Below are positions 1-61,566 of a stretch of DNA of 64,000 bases, piece by piece. Location: positions 32,498 through 96,497 of the forward strand of contig JAQGDQ010000778.1 of NCBI GenBank assembly GCA_030141605.1. Reading direction: 5' to 3'. Position 1 is the first letter of the stretch; every line of letters begins with the position of its first letter. The notes beneath the pieces were generated by a model that was given only the letters and a program-made list of their open reading frames with translations, made no database searches and was not told the DNA's origin. Made by a program: the position numbers and the translations under genes. This stretch comes from Tubiluchus corallicola (taxonomy: Eukaryota; Animalia; Priapulida).

Positions 1-63
1 CACGTCACACTTCATGGCCAGAAACTGTTTTTCACCCTCGCCTCAAGATGTCGCAAGTAGTTA

Positions 64-106
64 GTCACGTGATAGATATACAAAGTCACGTGTGCTATCA
101 CGTGAC
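64..106. promoter_or_regulatory. Cluster of three extended E-boxes (GTCACGTG[A]/TCACGTGAC) upstream of HCF
   Basis: GTCACGTGA at 64-72, GTCACGTG at 85-92 and TCACGTGAC at 98-106, 80-125 bp upstream of the HCF ATG. These match the USF/TFE-MITF-type bHLH-ZIP consensus. A YY1-like AAAATGGCGGC overlaps the ATG. Confidence 0.5.
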
Positions 107-188
107 TGTAACAAAAAATCACCTTTTACGATTGGACAAGGATTTGTAAACCATCCGGGTATTTAACGCTTTTTAGTGAACGTCTAAA

Positions 189-47699
<47,511 letters not shown>

Positions 47700-50447
47700 C
47701 CGCATCATAAGCTCTGTAATTACCGTTGACTGATCTCACGTGAGTCTCCTACTTACTGATAACTATAACTTATTTAACTATTAACTTATTATAATTAATA
47801 TAATTATGATTATTATAAGTTAATAATTAAATAAGTTATAGTTATTAATATAATTATTATAATTATATTTATTATAGCTTATTTCTATTATTAACGAAGC
47901 TGAGGCTGATGCAGTTAGATGCAAACTAAATTGTTCTTTGAATTTGCACATCCACATCCTATCTGAACATTCTTCTTCCTACTGTGTTCTGGCAGTTTAC
48001 TTTTTAAGTCACTGGAGAGGTGAAGTCAGAATTTTTGATACTTTGTCTTTGGATGTCTTAGGAGTTAATGAAGTTGAACTCAAATCAAAATGTATTTAAC
48101 TCCTGTTGTTGATTAATTGCATTATTAACCCAAAGTGTTTTCATCATTTCACAACAATTTTGATCTGTATTTCACGTAAAATCTAAATACAATTTTTAGT
48201 TTAGTCAAGATTGACCTTATTTTGTTGCCCGCTAATTAAAATACATGTACATTCTTTTCTCTGGATTATATAGAAAATGTCATAATTTTAAAAATTACTA
48301 ATGTTTCCTAAATTAAACTGATAACATTAATGTCTACCAGTGTCTAAAAATCTTTTTATCTATATTCGGTAAAAGACAGCAGACTAGGTGACGTTATAGT
48401 CTTTTCGCTATCCTTTCTCTAGTTCTAGATCTATCTATTCATTTTAACCATTCTTGCGAATATAACAGCTATTTTATTTACAAAGTTTTTTTAACCATAC
48501 CCTGCAAATAGAGGGTCCCTGTATGTATTATGTAAATATTTGTATATGCGTACAATTTTAAATTTTAAATAAAGAATAATAATAATAATAATAATAATAA
48601 TTCTTCAAAACTTATTAGCGATTCTTTTGTTAACAAATCATGTTTTATTGTAGTATTATAAAGAGATAAATAAGTTGAAATTGAATTGAGTTAAAGGGTA
48701 ACATTGAAGAGCAACTGGTGAATTATCAAAACCTTTTTGTTTTGTCGATTAGGTCTCCACATTTTGACAAAAATCAACTTGAGTGATCAAACATTGATGC
48801 TACAGAGCCGAGGAATATTTGTGGACATTTTATGATCTAGACCAACTAAACATGATGACATTTTAAACGCTTGTGGATGAAATCTCAAAAACCGTTTGCT
48901 ATTTTCAGTATTGAATGTTTTTGTCGTATTTTTCACGATTTTAAGATTATATCATTCCATAATTGTCGTTGCTCTTACGTGTTCTTATGTTGTTATTCCA
49001 AATTTATGTTTTGGTCGTACGCGTCAATACTTTTGGCACCGTTTCTGTACACACTTGATAGAAGCATGAATTCGCATTCTTTTGTAATTTATTACTTTCA
49101 ATACCTTGTACCTACACTGATAAAACTAAAAGCCCTTATGAACTTTATTAATTAATTAATAGTAATTTGGAAAAAACATAATTTCTTCTCAAGATCACCT
49201 AGTGTTTGTATATATTTATTTGTTTTCTAAGTGAGCCAAGAGAAAAAAGTTTCTTAGCTTAAATGTATATTAGCAATGAAAGTGGTAGAAAAGTCAAATT
49301 TCGTAAGTTTTTGTTGCAAATTGTCACGTAGAACGGTCTTGAAAAGAATAACGCTTGTTATTTTTGTGTATTGTATAGATTAGTATTTAGCTTATAATTA
49401 GTTTAGGAAGTGGATGTATTGAAATCATTATTATATGCATCATTCTGTGTTAACTCTTTTCACTTTTAAATTGCATTTAAATTATGTTTTATGGTTAATA
49501 TAATAATATCTGCCTAGCGTCGTCGAGTTTGGCGTAATTAGATGGTAAGCCTTTCGTGAATGAACAATTTCATTAAAGAACGCTCTGATTAACGCAAAAT
49601 GGACAGTTATAGCATTTAGATTTGAAGTTAATATGCAAAATATTACCTGTAAGGTGTGCATAAAATCTGGTCAAATTTGTAGAAGTCCAGTTGAATGTGT
49701 GACCGTTTACTGTTATTGTAATTTTGCATATAGAATCATTTATAACAACAGTTTATGTACACAAATATACATCTTAGATTTCTCTTTAATCATGTCTTTC
49801 TTGTTTATATAAATTAGAATAAATTACGCAATACTAGACTAGTGAAACTGGTTATCAGTTTTACATAATTACGATATTAATAAATAATATGAGTTGAACG
49901 AAGCTCTGCTTATATTCCAAGCTCCTGCAATATGAGGCCGAATTGTACCTGTACGTTAAGTTGTAGTAAGCTAACTCAAGTGCATACATTCTCATTGTTG
50001 CCATGTTCCTTGCTCCTAATGTATTTAAAGATTACAAGTAACAGTTTCTACAACGTACATTTGACAAAAATGTTCAATATATCACATTTCCTGCAAGTCC
50101 CGCAAACTTGATCAACAAGCCTGGGAAAAGCGCTTTTTGCCACCATTTAGTATAGTCACATTTTCATGCAACATGGACGGTTCTAGATTTTCAACACAAG
50201 TTTTGGGTCACGTTACAGCTTATTAAAGTCAAGTTTATGCAAACATAACTAAAATGTCCACGCAACAAGCTATTACTTTGGTGGTCTTAAATGACAACTT
50301 AATTGGTAGGACGGATTTTGTACACAACCGATTTGAAAATGTCTGCATTCTTTTTGGTTATTTTTATTTTCACAATGATTTTTTGCAGACAATCCATCAT
50401 ACAAGGACACTGTTTAAACTGGACATTCCACTCTAATAACTCTCGTT

Positions 50448-50802
50448 ATTAGGTCAAGTGACCTAGCAGCCATGTGTAGAGGAGTAAACCTTCCAAATCA
50501 GGAGTGGAGCGCCGAAGGCAGACCAGTGCAGCATGCCCACTGATTCCGGCAGCTCCTGCAGCCAACCTGGTGCCAAACGTATTGCTCAGCTTTCCTTTGG
50601 ACTATACCAGCAAGGAAGAGAGGGGGTTTCCTGTTGTCTGGGCAACTCAGGATCTCCATACACCTTGCCCAGGTGTGCCCTGGAGACGTTCAAAGATCGC
50701 ACTGCTCAGCCACAGTCGACGCTGCAGCTCCATCAATGTGATCAATAACTGACTCTCTGGGTGCACGCTCCATTGTCTTCCGAGACAGAAGGATGCCAAT
50801 CG
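50448..50802 (+). mobile_element. 5'-truncated copy of the 5S-derived SINE
   Basis: Colinear with ~10628-10992 but lacks the 5S head; 9-bp TSD ACTCTCGTT (50439-50447/50803-50811). Confidence 0.85.
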
Positions 50803-51087
50803 ACTCTCGTTGCTTTTCTTCGTATCACGTTTTAAAAGGAATAGTATAACAGAATGAAGTAAAAAGTATGATGTCATTTGTACTTTGCACTGTGGATGAA
50901 TACTCAGGTGATCAGTAGTCTAAATGGACATAGATTCGTTGCTCAGCCAGCCTTTGGTTATTTTTTCTTCTACATTTCTTCTTGCTCTGCTGGGAATTTA
51001 GTGAAAGCACTAGGCATTTGCTGGTAATTGATTTATTTACAAAAGAAAGCTCATCATTTTCAGCATGACCGGCATCATCACTTATTA

Positions 51088-54000
51088 TTATGCATCAGCA
51101 GGTTGTTGCATTTTGCTTTTCCCATTCAGAAAGTTGCCATTATGCAGAGGGGACACATCAGTTTTATCGAACGCCTCGTTTCCTTCGTAAGCTTTGTTTG
51201 TGTATGGTGTCACTACATACTCTTGACTTCTTCCACCGTATATTACACTCTTCGTTGGAAGTGGAGAACCTGTCTGCTCTGCCATGCCTACGATGTCATA
51301 AATCTGCATCTGATCATCCAGAACAATCGGCGATTGGCTTCGATAAATTACTTTCTGTGGTTTAAAAGAACCCCTGTAATATTTGCGCTTGTGATAGTTT
51401 CGTACGCACCTCGCAAATATAAGAGCCACCAACAATATGATGGCGATGATTATGATTGGCAGTGCTATGGTAAGCCAATGTATGTTATGCTCTGCTGGTT
51501 TTATATTTTTCGCACTGTCTGGCAAGAGGCAGATGCCTTTCGATCGATATTCCACTGTTTGAATACGATACTCTGGTAAGAGTGCTTCCTCAAAGCTTTG
51601 CTGTACTGTTCCATTGTTTTCATCATACAACAATGCATACAATTCATGTATGGTTTCGTTATCACATGTACTAACACTAGCTAATGTTTTATTACTCCAC
51701 GAAACAATGGTTGACCCGGATTCCACATTGGTCACTAAAAGTGAAGATGCGTCGCTTTCTCCCATATAATTGGCAATTTTCTCTACTAGCTTCAGCATAT
51801 TGTCAGCATCTGATATAAAACTGGTGTAGTTTTTGTCCAGGTGTAGTCTAAATTCATGAGTAATCTGCGATAGCTTACTGGGTGTTACAGAAACCTGTAA
51901 AACATCAAACAAATACATATATATATTAATTCTTTATTTGCCATTAAAATGGTTCACTCATTATAATAAAATTGAGTAAGCCTCAGCGTAATGTTAAGAT
52001 AACAACACTGTTCAAGACAAATGCGTCCAGTGCAGACTAAAAAAAAACTAAAGTGCAAAACTAAGGCCTAATTATATACAATAAATGAACATATTTACAA
52101 ACACCATATTAAAATATTTTTACAAAACAATATTACAAAAGTACAGTAAATATTACATGACATATTTTACACAATATACATTTGACATGACACAATTAAC
52201 AGAAACATGCTTTACATTACATAAATTTCACTAATTACATTTACACTATTTATACATTTGACATTACAAAACTAACATAACACGTATTGCATAGTGTTAT
52301 TACATAACGTTAGTACATAATACGTATTACATACATATATTATACTCTTACATATCCATATTGGTTAGCATAATTAATAATTCTTGATTTTTTCGTCAAC
52401 CCGGAAAACGAGTAGCTTGTTACTTTATTTCGCGCCTAGCTTGCTTGCTTTGAAAGAGCAAGTTGAAAACTGCATTGATTGCAATATTTGCAAAAGCTGA
52501 ATTTGGGAATAAGCGCTTTTAAATGATTTAATATTCTATTACGGTGGTTCCCAACCTTTTTTTGACCCGTTCCCCCCTTTTGAAGACTGCTGATTCTCGT
52601 CCGCCCTAGCCCACTAACAAAATGAAAAATGCATTTTTTAATTCAATTTTTTTTAATTTCAACATTTTTTTTATTCATGAATAATAATACAATCTGCGGT
52701 CACCACATTCAATGTGACTCTTGTTCCTGTTGAGAGGACACCTTGATGTCGGGGGTTATTTTTCCACCCATTCGTTCCCCCCCCCTGGAGGTGGCTCATT
52801 CCCCCAGGGGGAATTACCCCCCCCCCCCCGGTTGAGAACCCATGTTCTAATAATATCGTGTTTGATATGGTGCATTCAGAAAACGTGACGGTTCCTCATC
52901 TTTTCATGGCACAAACTTTCAAGTTCTCCTAAATAGATACTCAGTTTGACTCTATTAACACAGAGTGCACTAGTAGCACAACAGATAATATTGGTAGAGT
53001 GACGAAGAATTTTGATGCTCACCCTCAGAGAAATTGACGTTTCGTTTCCCAGTGTGTTTGTGGCTACAAGCTGATAAGATTCATGCGATGCTACACTCTC
53101 CTGTTTTGGCAGTGGAATTCCATATATTGTCTGCTTATCTGAATCAAATCTGATCCATGATTGGGCTTGAAGAGGTCCACCGCTATCTGTGTAAAGTTTC
53201 ATTTCAAGCTGTCTTGTATTGTAGAAGTCAGTAGCAGGGTCGCGAAATGTTTCCTCTGGAATCTGAACAGGAAAACAAAATTATAGTGGTCAGTTATCAT
53301 GTGCACTGCATCTCATTTATGACAAGAGGTAATATCTTGCGTGATTAGATGTATCGCACAATTCTAAGTTTATCAAATACATTTGCAACACTGAGTAACA
53401 TAACAAAATAATCACCAAATATGGATGGATTACTCGGTAACTTCTCTTCCTTTTGTGCACTTGCCCACTATAACGGTTACCAGGCTGACCAGCCCACCAA
53501 AGGAAGCTGTTTCAATGGCAAGGTACATGACTTCTGGACTTCTGGAAGGTCACTTTACATACATAGCAATTAATTTTTTAGTTAATGGATACCGATCACC
53601 TAATTACTCATACCTGAAACTGCAGTAGTTGACCCATTTCTGCTTTTATTTCGTCAAAAGGATAAGCTATTATTGTGCCTGCAAAAATGTGAAAAGTATC
53701 TGCTGTATGAATCTTATGCAAGAAAAAAACAAATAAAGGCATTCTTGCATGACAATTCAGTTCTGTTAACGCTTTCAGTCCCAAATTATTTTTCTAATTA
53801 GAAAAAAAAATTTGCCTTTGCACTTTTGTTCAGTATGTCCCTCTTGTTTACACATAATGATTTTTTTTCTACCTGTGCTCGCGTGCTAAATATAGCCTGT
53901 ATCCCACGAGATACATTGAGATTCATGGAAGCATAAAATGTGTTTCATTTTGCAACTGCTAATAATTTTTTAAAGTATTTAAGACATTTAGTATGCATGC

Positions 54001-57000
54001 TATGCTGATCTGTACAAAGTCGTCTCTAAGGTACTGTACCTTACGCAGTTTTTTATGCTATGTAGATTTTCTAGTTTGCCATTTTATCACCATTTTAGTC
54101 TATTGTTATTGGCTTAAATCAAAATAACTATTAACAGATCAAATAACGGTCAGTTTTAAAATTTTATTAATTTTAAAGGCAGAAAATGTTCTCGTATCCC
54201 ACGGGATACAACGGGTATGAAAGGGTTAAACGTTGATTAGAAAACAACAAATATTTATCTAGAGCCTAGACAATTTGTAATTAAACTTGCCTTTCACTAA
54301 AATGTATGTTTTTACATCTTGAAAAGGAATTTACATTAATTTGACAAATTTTCAGGTAGCAAACATGACCACTTACCTTTCGGTAGCAAGGGTAGTGCAG
54401 GTGTAGAAGTGACGACTTGCGTTGTTGGAAAAGTTGGAAAAACTGTCGAAACTTGAACTGCTTGGCTTGTAGTTTTAGAGTGTGGATATGATGTTATTAT
54501 TTCGATTGTTCTGTTCTGCTCAGCGAAGGTTTCACTAACTGTGCTCTCACCAACTACAGATGTTTTTGCTGTGGCCATCACTGACGGCTTTTCTGTAGGT
54601 GTTGTGGTGTGACCTGAAGTCGTTTCAGTCGAAAGAATTGTTGAGGGCATCACACTAGATATCTGAACACTCTTTGAACTATGAGGAACAGTTGTCATCG
54701 CTGCTGACCTGAAAACATCTTCAGGAAGATATGACGTTGTTGTTGCTAAAGTATTTGGTATGCCAATAGTTTTCGTAGTTACCAGGTGTGGCGTTCTTGC
54801 TGTGTTAATGGTTGACATATTCTGGAGTATGGTGGTTGATCGAACAGTCGGCATTGAAAGGGGAGGAAAACTAGTAGTTTGTGAAGTGGTTTTCAACGCA
54901 CTCACAGTATGTGTAGGACTGAGTGTTGACATTTGAAGCTCTGCTATACTTGCCTCAGTGACAGCTGAGTATAAAGATGATTTATTTGGAGCTCTTACTA
55001 AAACTACACCTGGTGTCCTCATAGACTCTGTTGGTAAAGCAAGCATGGATGTAGGAGCTACTATATGTGACGACTGTAACATCAGTTCTTCTGTTCGAGT
55101 AGCACTTTCAAACTGCACAGATGTTGCTAGTAGATTTTCTAGCTCTGCTGTTGTTTTTGATTCAGAAATCAATGTTGTTTCCAAAGCTGTTACTACGTGA
55201 TTTAATATGGAAAAGGTTTGTGAGTCTAATATTGATTTGCTACTATTAATATGGTCTACAGAAGCTGATTGCATTACTGACGAACTTGAAGTGATATTCT
55301 GTAAAGTGGTTTTCATTTTCAATGAAAAGGCGGATGATGCTTGTTCTGCTTCAGAAGAAGTTTTAAACGAGTGCATTATTGAATTTACTACTTCCTGGGT
55401 TGTCATATTATTGGCTCCTGAAGAATATTGTGCAGTTGCCGTTTGTGTTTTGGTTGTTGGTGTTGTTCCCGTTACTGTCGTGCTAAAACTTGGCAACTGC
55501 ATACTTGGCGTGGCTTCATTTACATTCGATGGTGTTTCTTCACTTGTGGAATGATGAAAGTATGCCTCTGTGATGCTCGGTTCCAGCTGCAATGAGATAT
55601 TGGTTGCATTATTGATTTTCGTTTCATTGGGCACATTTTCTTGTACTGCTGCGCTGGTGTATGTGCTGAGGACTGTCACGGGGGGTGATAGGACTGGGTT
55701 ATCTGTTTGTAAAGCAGCCAATGAATCTAAGGTGGTCGTCTCTCCTTTGATTAGCATATCGTGTTCAAGCGAGTATGAAATAGCAGACGCTATGGTGTGA
55801 AAGGTCGTATTCATGGTTTCAGAGGTAATGGAGATGCTCACAATTGGTGGTGTGACCATTCTTGGTGTGTAGTAGAAATTTTGCATGGAGAGTGTTTCAC
55901 TTTGTGTGAAAGAGTTGCTATCTGCGACAGAATTCAGTTGATTACTTTCTGTCTTTGTGACATTTTCATGTCCTTGTTCATGTAATTTTGCAGTTGTTCT
56001 CTGGGCATCTGGAGAATCATAGCTGTACATTATGTCCATGTCAAGCACATTTACTGTTTTCCCTTTGCTCTTGTCCTCGCTTGGTGCATTTGCCATTACT
56101 GTGTTAAACTGGGGTGCTTCAACAGTCACAGAAGTTGAGATGCTTGCAAGATAGTTTTTGGTCGTTGTAGGGTAAAACGTCTGATGCATTGAAATGGTGT
56201 CTGGAACAAATGTAGGAGTGGTTGGTAGTAGTGGTGTGCTACTTTGCAAAAGGGCTGCACTGTCAATCTGGGTGAACATTTGGTTTATTGTCAAAATTGG
56301 TGACACAGCTCCACCTGCTGTTATGACTGAGGATGACTGTTGGTGCTCGCCAGTAATTGAAGTGTTAATCATTGCCTGCACTTTGTTTTCGGAGTGCAAA
56401 GAGACCTCATGTGAATGTGCCATTGCAGCTGTCGTTTTAGGAGAGCTTACGACCTCATTTGAATGTGCCATTGCAGCTGTTGTTTTAGGAGAGCTTACTC
56501 TTGGCATTGACGTTTCACCGGAAATTCCTCTTATAGAAGTACTTGTATGTAGTATTGATGTTTGAAGAAGTACAGTGGGAGTGGTTGCAGTGCCTTCTGT
56601 TGAGGTTTCAGGTAGTACAGTTGAAGTGGTTGAAGTATCTGCTATTGAAGTTTCAGACAATGCAGTTGAAGTGGTTAGTGTACCTACCACTGAAGTCTGG
56701 GACAGTATGGTTGAAGGGGTTGCTGTGCCTACTGCTGAAGTTTCAGGTACTACAGTTGAAGTGGTTGAAGTATCTGCTGTTGAAATTTCAGAGAATGAAG
56801 TTGAAGTGGTTAGTGTATCTACCACTGAAGTCTCGGACAGTATGGTTGAAGGGATTGCTGTGCCTGCTGCTGAAGTCTCAAGCAGTGTCCTTGAAGTGAT
56901 TGTTGGACTTACGGGTGAAGTTTTTTGATGTGCAGCTGTACTTCGTGTGTGAGAGGCACTGGTTTGATTGTGCGCAGACGTGGCTTGTACGCTACTATAC

Positions 57001-58389
57001 GTGCTTTGTTCTGGCGCCGTAGTTGCAGAAGATACTTCGAGACCTTCATTGTTGATGGAACCTTCAGGAGGATGGGATCTATCAGCATCAGTGTTCTCGA
57101 TGTCTACATGCTCGTCATGTTTGACTGTTGACGTTGATGAAGGCGTTGGCAAATAATCTAGCGTGTAATTTGCCGGATTGTTGGTCGTTTCTCGCCTGGA
57201 GAGCCCTGTACGCAGAAATTAATTTACATAAATTTACGCTGGTAGTTAATTGGTTTAACAATACATAACCTTTACATGCAAACGTCTGAAAATACCAACA
57301 AAGGAAAGCTTATGCCATCAAAGCATACATGTTTGTGTTAAAAACGGATAATATTATTTTTGAAAAATTACTTTAAACGATAACGTTTCGAACTCTAGTT
57401 TTCATCTTTAAAACATTATAATGTAAAAAAATATTAAATTTAAAAAACATGGAAAAACAATGGTAGTTCGGAAACAATGGTAGTTCGGAAACGTTTACGC
57501 CAGAGTTGCCATGAATTACAATGAACATTTTTAATGATGCAATAATATACCATTGTACAAATCACTTTGTGGGATTTTTTGCAAAAATCAGCTGATTCTT
57601 GACGTAAATATTTTTTTTAATACAATTTACGTAATTACATCATGTAACATAATATATCATATCATATCATATAAACTAAAACATCAAAGCGCAGTAGTTT
57701 TTAATAGGGGTGAGCATCGAACGTTCGAATCGAATTCGATTCGAACGAGTTTTTTTAGTTCGAACTCGATTCGAATCCAAAACTATACATTCGAATAATT
57801 CAGCACTTCAATCACATATGTTCCTGATCACTAAAACGATTGAAACAACATGCAAGTGGCGTAATTTAGCTGTGATTTCTGTGCACAATTTTAAACAAAT
57901 TACTAGGCGTTTTATTGCAGAACAAAATCTAGTGATACACATGATCTTTGTAAGACTAATTTTTACTGGTGGTTCGAAAACTTGTTCGAAAATCGTTGAA
58001 TCTCAGTTCGAATTCGGTTCGAATTCGAAACACTGAAGTTCGGTTCGATTCGAAAGTCACAAATTCGGTTGAATTCACTTTCTGGTAGAGAATGCTCACC
58101 CCTAGTTTTTAATGATCAAAGTAGTATCACGATACCACAAAGGCAAGGTACCAACATCGTGTTATGTGAGAACGAACTGGAATTATTCGGTACTTTATTA
58201 AATCTGTTGTCCATTTTTTACATTTAACTCACCGAATTTGAATCCTCCAAAATGAAATCTGTATGGAGTCGTCGTTGGTAGATCGTTGTTTGATGGTTCA
58301 GTTTGTTCATTTATTAAGTAATCATGGACCTTGTCAGTCTCTGCATTACAAAGTTGCAGTACCATTACTAACAGCAGCTTGGGCACCAT
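51088..58389 (-). CDS. Dystroglycan-like type I membrane mucin (signal peptide, ~940-aa S/T-rich mucin, CADG domain, SEA-like GS site, TM); ~1365 aa
   Basis: complement(join(58233-58389,54377-57205,53614-53678,53023-53262,51088-51894)), 4098 nt, phases consistent. Signal peptide MVPKLLLVMVLQLCNA; CADG IPEETFRDP...SWIRFDSDKQTIYGIP; VESGSTIVSWSN resembles the dystroglycan alpha/beta cleavage site; TM WLTIALPIIIIAIILLVALIFA; cytoplasmic PIVLDDQM. Confidence 0.85.
52542..52844. mobile_element. hAT (Charlie-type) MITE
   Basis: CGGTGGTTCCCAACC ... GGTTGAGAACCCATG; TSD TTCTA(T/A)TA; TIR similar to the 16454 element. Confidence 0.65.
57705..58104. mobile_element. hAT-type MITE with TTCGAA subterminal repeats
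   Basis: TIRs TAGGGGTGAGCAT / ATGCTCACCCCTA; perfect 8-bp TSD GTTTTTAA. Confidence 0.85.
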
Positions 58390-58819
58390 GATTATGTTTT
58401 CCAGATAACTCTGAAGAAATTAATATGCGTTCTTAGAAGAAAAAATGTTCGATAAGAGACGATATTAAACATGGCGTCTGAAGTAGAAAGATCTGCACGC
58501 TGTCTGTAAATTTAAATTACTATGAACCAGCAGTGTCAAGCCTTCAACTTTGATATGGTCGTCTAGCTATTGCAGAACTCCAAATAGTTATCGCCAATGC
58601 TCAAAGTAAACATTTATATCATTATAGCATGTCTTCAGATGTGATAATCTGCATCATGATTTATTGATTGCATATTTTGCTAATGACTACGTGGCTCATT
58701 CTTATTTAAATGCTACTGTATAACAAAACATCTGCAATGGCTGCAGCGAACATGGAGGAAGAAAATGGAAACTTTCATATAAAGAGAATTGGAAAGTTTG
58801 GTGGAGTGGTAAAAAATAA

Positions 58820-59009
58820 AAATCCAAAGGTCAATCTCCTAAAACAAATTAGGATAAATACCCACTATGGAACGAACTCTGTAATCAAGCAAGCAATTCT
58901 ACTTTGGAATTCTCTACCATTACATGTTAAACAAATCAAGTCCCTATCAGCATTTAAAACAAAATTAAAATCACTAATATTAACCAGATATGAAATACCA
59001 TCACACTAG
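58820..59009 (+). mobile_element. LINE ORF2 C-terminal remnant (CR1/L2-like)
   Basis: INTHYGTNSVIKQAILLWNSLPLHVKQIKSLSAFKTKLKSLI resembles the conserved WNSLP...SL..FK..LK end of LINE ORF2. Confidence 0.6.
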
Positions 59010-59273
59010 TACGACAACATACACACTAATTCAGAATTTATATATCCACGGCCATATTAATTAAATCATAGTTTTTTTTCATTTTTTGTGCGTAGTTGTA
59101 AATATGTTTGATTTTATTCGTCGTTACTTTCCATTACTGCACAGTAGTTTAGATTGCACTGACGCATTTGCCTTTAGCAGTGTAAGTTTTTATTAACTAA
59201 CACTGATTGATCATCTCTGTAAAGTTTTTATCAGTGATTATCAATGTATTTTAATGGAAAATAAAGATTATTG

Positions 59274-59430
<157 letters not shown>

Positions 59431-61566
59431 CCACATATATGTTTTTGGTACTAATAATCAATCTGGTTTCTTCTTTTGATGTGCTACACCCCCAAAAAGA
59501 CAAAAATTAAAAAGTACACCCGTGGGGTGGCGATTGGGGTTTCCAATTAGTACAGCTGACAGTAGAAAAAGAAAAAAAGCTTCATGGTTTTGTTTGAATG
59601 TGCTGTAGTGACGCAACACCCAGACAGTGTGTTTTTTTACGTGACCAACCAATGAGTTTTTCATTAGTCTTTTCAACGCTCACCGTTAATCAATCAACGT
59701 GTTGCCAATTAGCAGCAGACATGCAATGTGTGCAAGGACGGATGCGTTGCGTAATGAAAATACATATCCAGGTACGCAAATACCTGCGTGGCATATGAAC
59801 CAGCCGGCTATAAACATTATGATCAATAGTAATAACAATACGAAGCCTGGCACACTGTACTGCCGGTAGAACTAAGCGAAACCCACATAGACAACTTTCA
59901 CTTTCATTACAGTATGGCCGCATAAAACTAATAATTCATATGCGGGTGCAGCAATTTGTAAAAGTGGTTTTCAATTCACCTACATTGCACTAAAAAGCCT
60001 CGAGTGTTGTAAGAAACCGACCGTGAAACTAAGCAATTGATTACATATCATTTGTCGACTTAACACTGGCTAAGTTTTAAATTCTGTTAATGTCTGATTG
60101 GAGACTTATTAAACGCAGAAACGACTTAGCAGCCATTTTTTCCGGACGAATCACTTATGAAAATCCCGTGCTGACCGAAATTTTGAGCACCTATCTCAAA
60201 CGTTTTCCACAAAAGGTTTTTCTATAGAATCTTTATTTAATTCCTTTCATTTCAATAGTTTGGCCTCTAAACTAAACAATTCTGCTTGGGATTTCCATCT
60301 GTTTTGATACGCTCGATACACGGGCTTCATTACCGTGTATCATTTTTTCAAAGCTTCTTATTTGCGGAAACGATTACGCCTAGACCTACTTGATTTATTT
60401 CTTCTGAATATCTAAAAAGAAATATTTAGTAGGCGCTTTTCAGGTGTCTTTTCCTGGTGGATGGTTTAATTAAAATTGTAGACAATCAACAACCAACTAA
60501 GCGAGTCTTAAACTAACAGTAACATCAGTACAGTCTTCGAATTATTATTATTGATTTCACAGTTGCACATCTTTTGTTGATGAATAATAGATGAACTTAC
60601 GCAAAATCAAATGAGATTTCTTTGTTAATAACTTATTGCTTATCACTTATTATTAAATTCTTCATTGATCAATCATCAAACAGTAGCGACTCCAATTTCA
60701 CCAACTCCTTACCTAAAACATTAACTGAGTTTCACCCACAACAGAGACAGTGAAAATCTCAGTAATGCGTTTACCTATTTCTTCTTCAACTGGCTACTAT
60801 ATTATAACCTAAATTATTCTGCCTTCAAACGGTCACTAGGTTTGTTAATTTAATAATATAATCGTGGAAGATGTCCACGAAAGAGGCTGGTTCAAACAAC
60901 GTTGATAATAAAAAAATAATATGATGCGTAACGTGCTGCATGTATCCACAAAAAGATGTCTCATTATGAACTTATTAATATCTTAACATATTTATGCCTT
61001 AAAACCATAGTACACCATCGTATCATTGTAGCTTCTATTTCTAACATTCCTGACATTAATTTCTAAGCATTTACTAATGAGTTTTAACTGAAAATAGGTT
61101 CGGTTAAGTTATTACGAATAGTGCTAGCAAGGAAGGTTCAATTTTCAGATATTTTTGTTCATTTATCATCATTTTAAATTAAGTATCACCTGTGCATTTA
61201 GTGAAACTTTGACAGCCAATATTCAGCCTACAAGTTACAGCTCCAGTAACTGTTGTACGTAAAATTTAATACATTTAAACAAACTTGTTCCATACTAGCA
61301 TGGTAATAGTAAACTAGGCACATATTGGTAACCCTTTCCACATGCTTGCTGAATCCAGTAATCATTGATGCTCTCACCTGATGTACCTGTATGAAACGCT
61401 GTCAGTAATCAATAACCTGCGTCTGTTTACCGCCGATAACTGTGGCTCATTACTGTTATTAAAACCTCACAATTTCATGGAGGTCATAATAATATTATAA
61501 GCCCAATTGATGGTAAGACCTAAGAAAGAAAACTTGCAAGATTTATCGCCAACTTGAGGTTTACTA

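Noticed and set aside
53870-54230. piggyBac-like element ending ...GAAAGGG|TTAA
   Set aside because: Only one terminus is recognisable, and no matching left TIR or TSD could be established.
54958-57156. Multiple plus-strand ORFs antisense to the mucin exon
   Set aside because: Antisense shadows of Ser/Thr codon bias.
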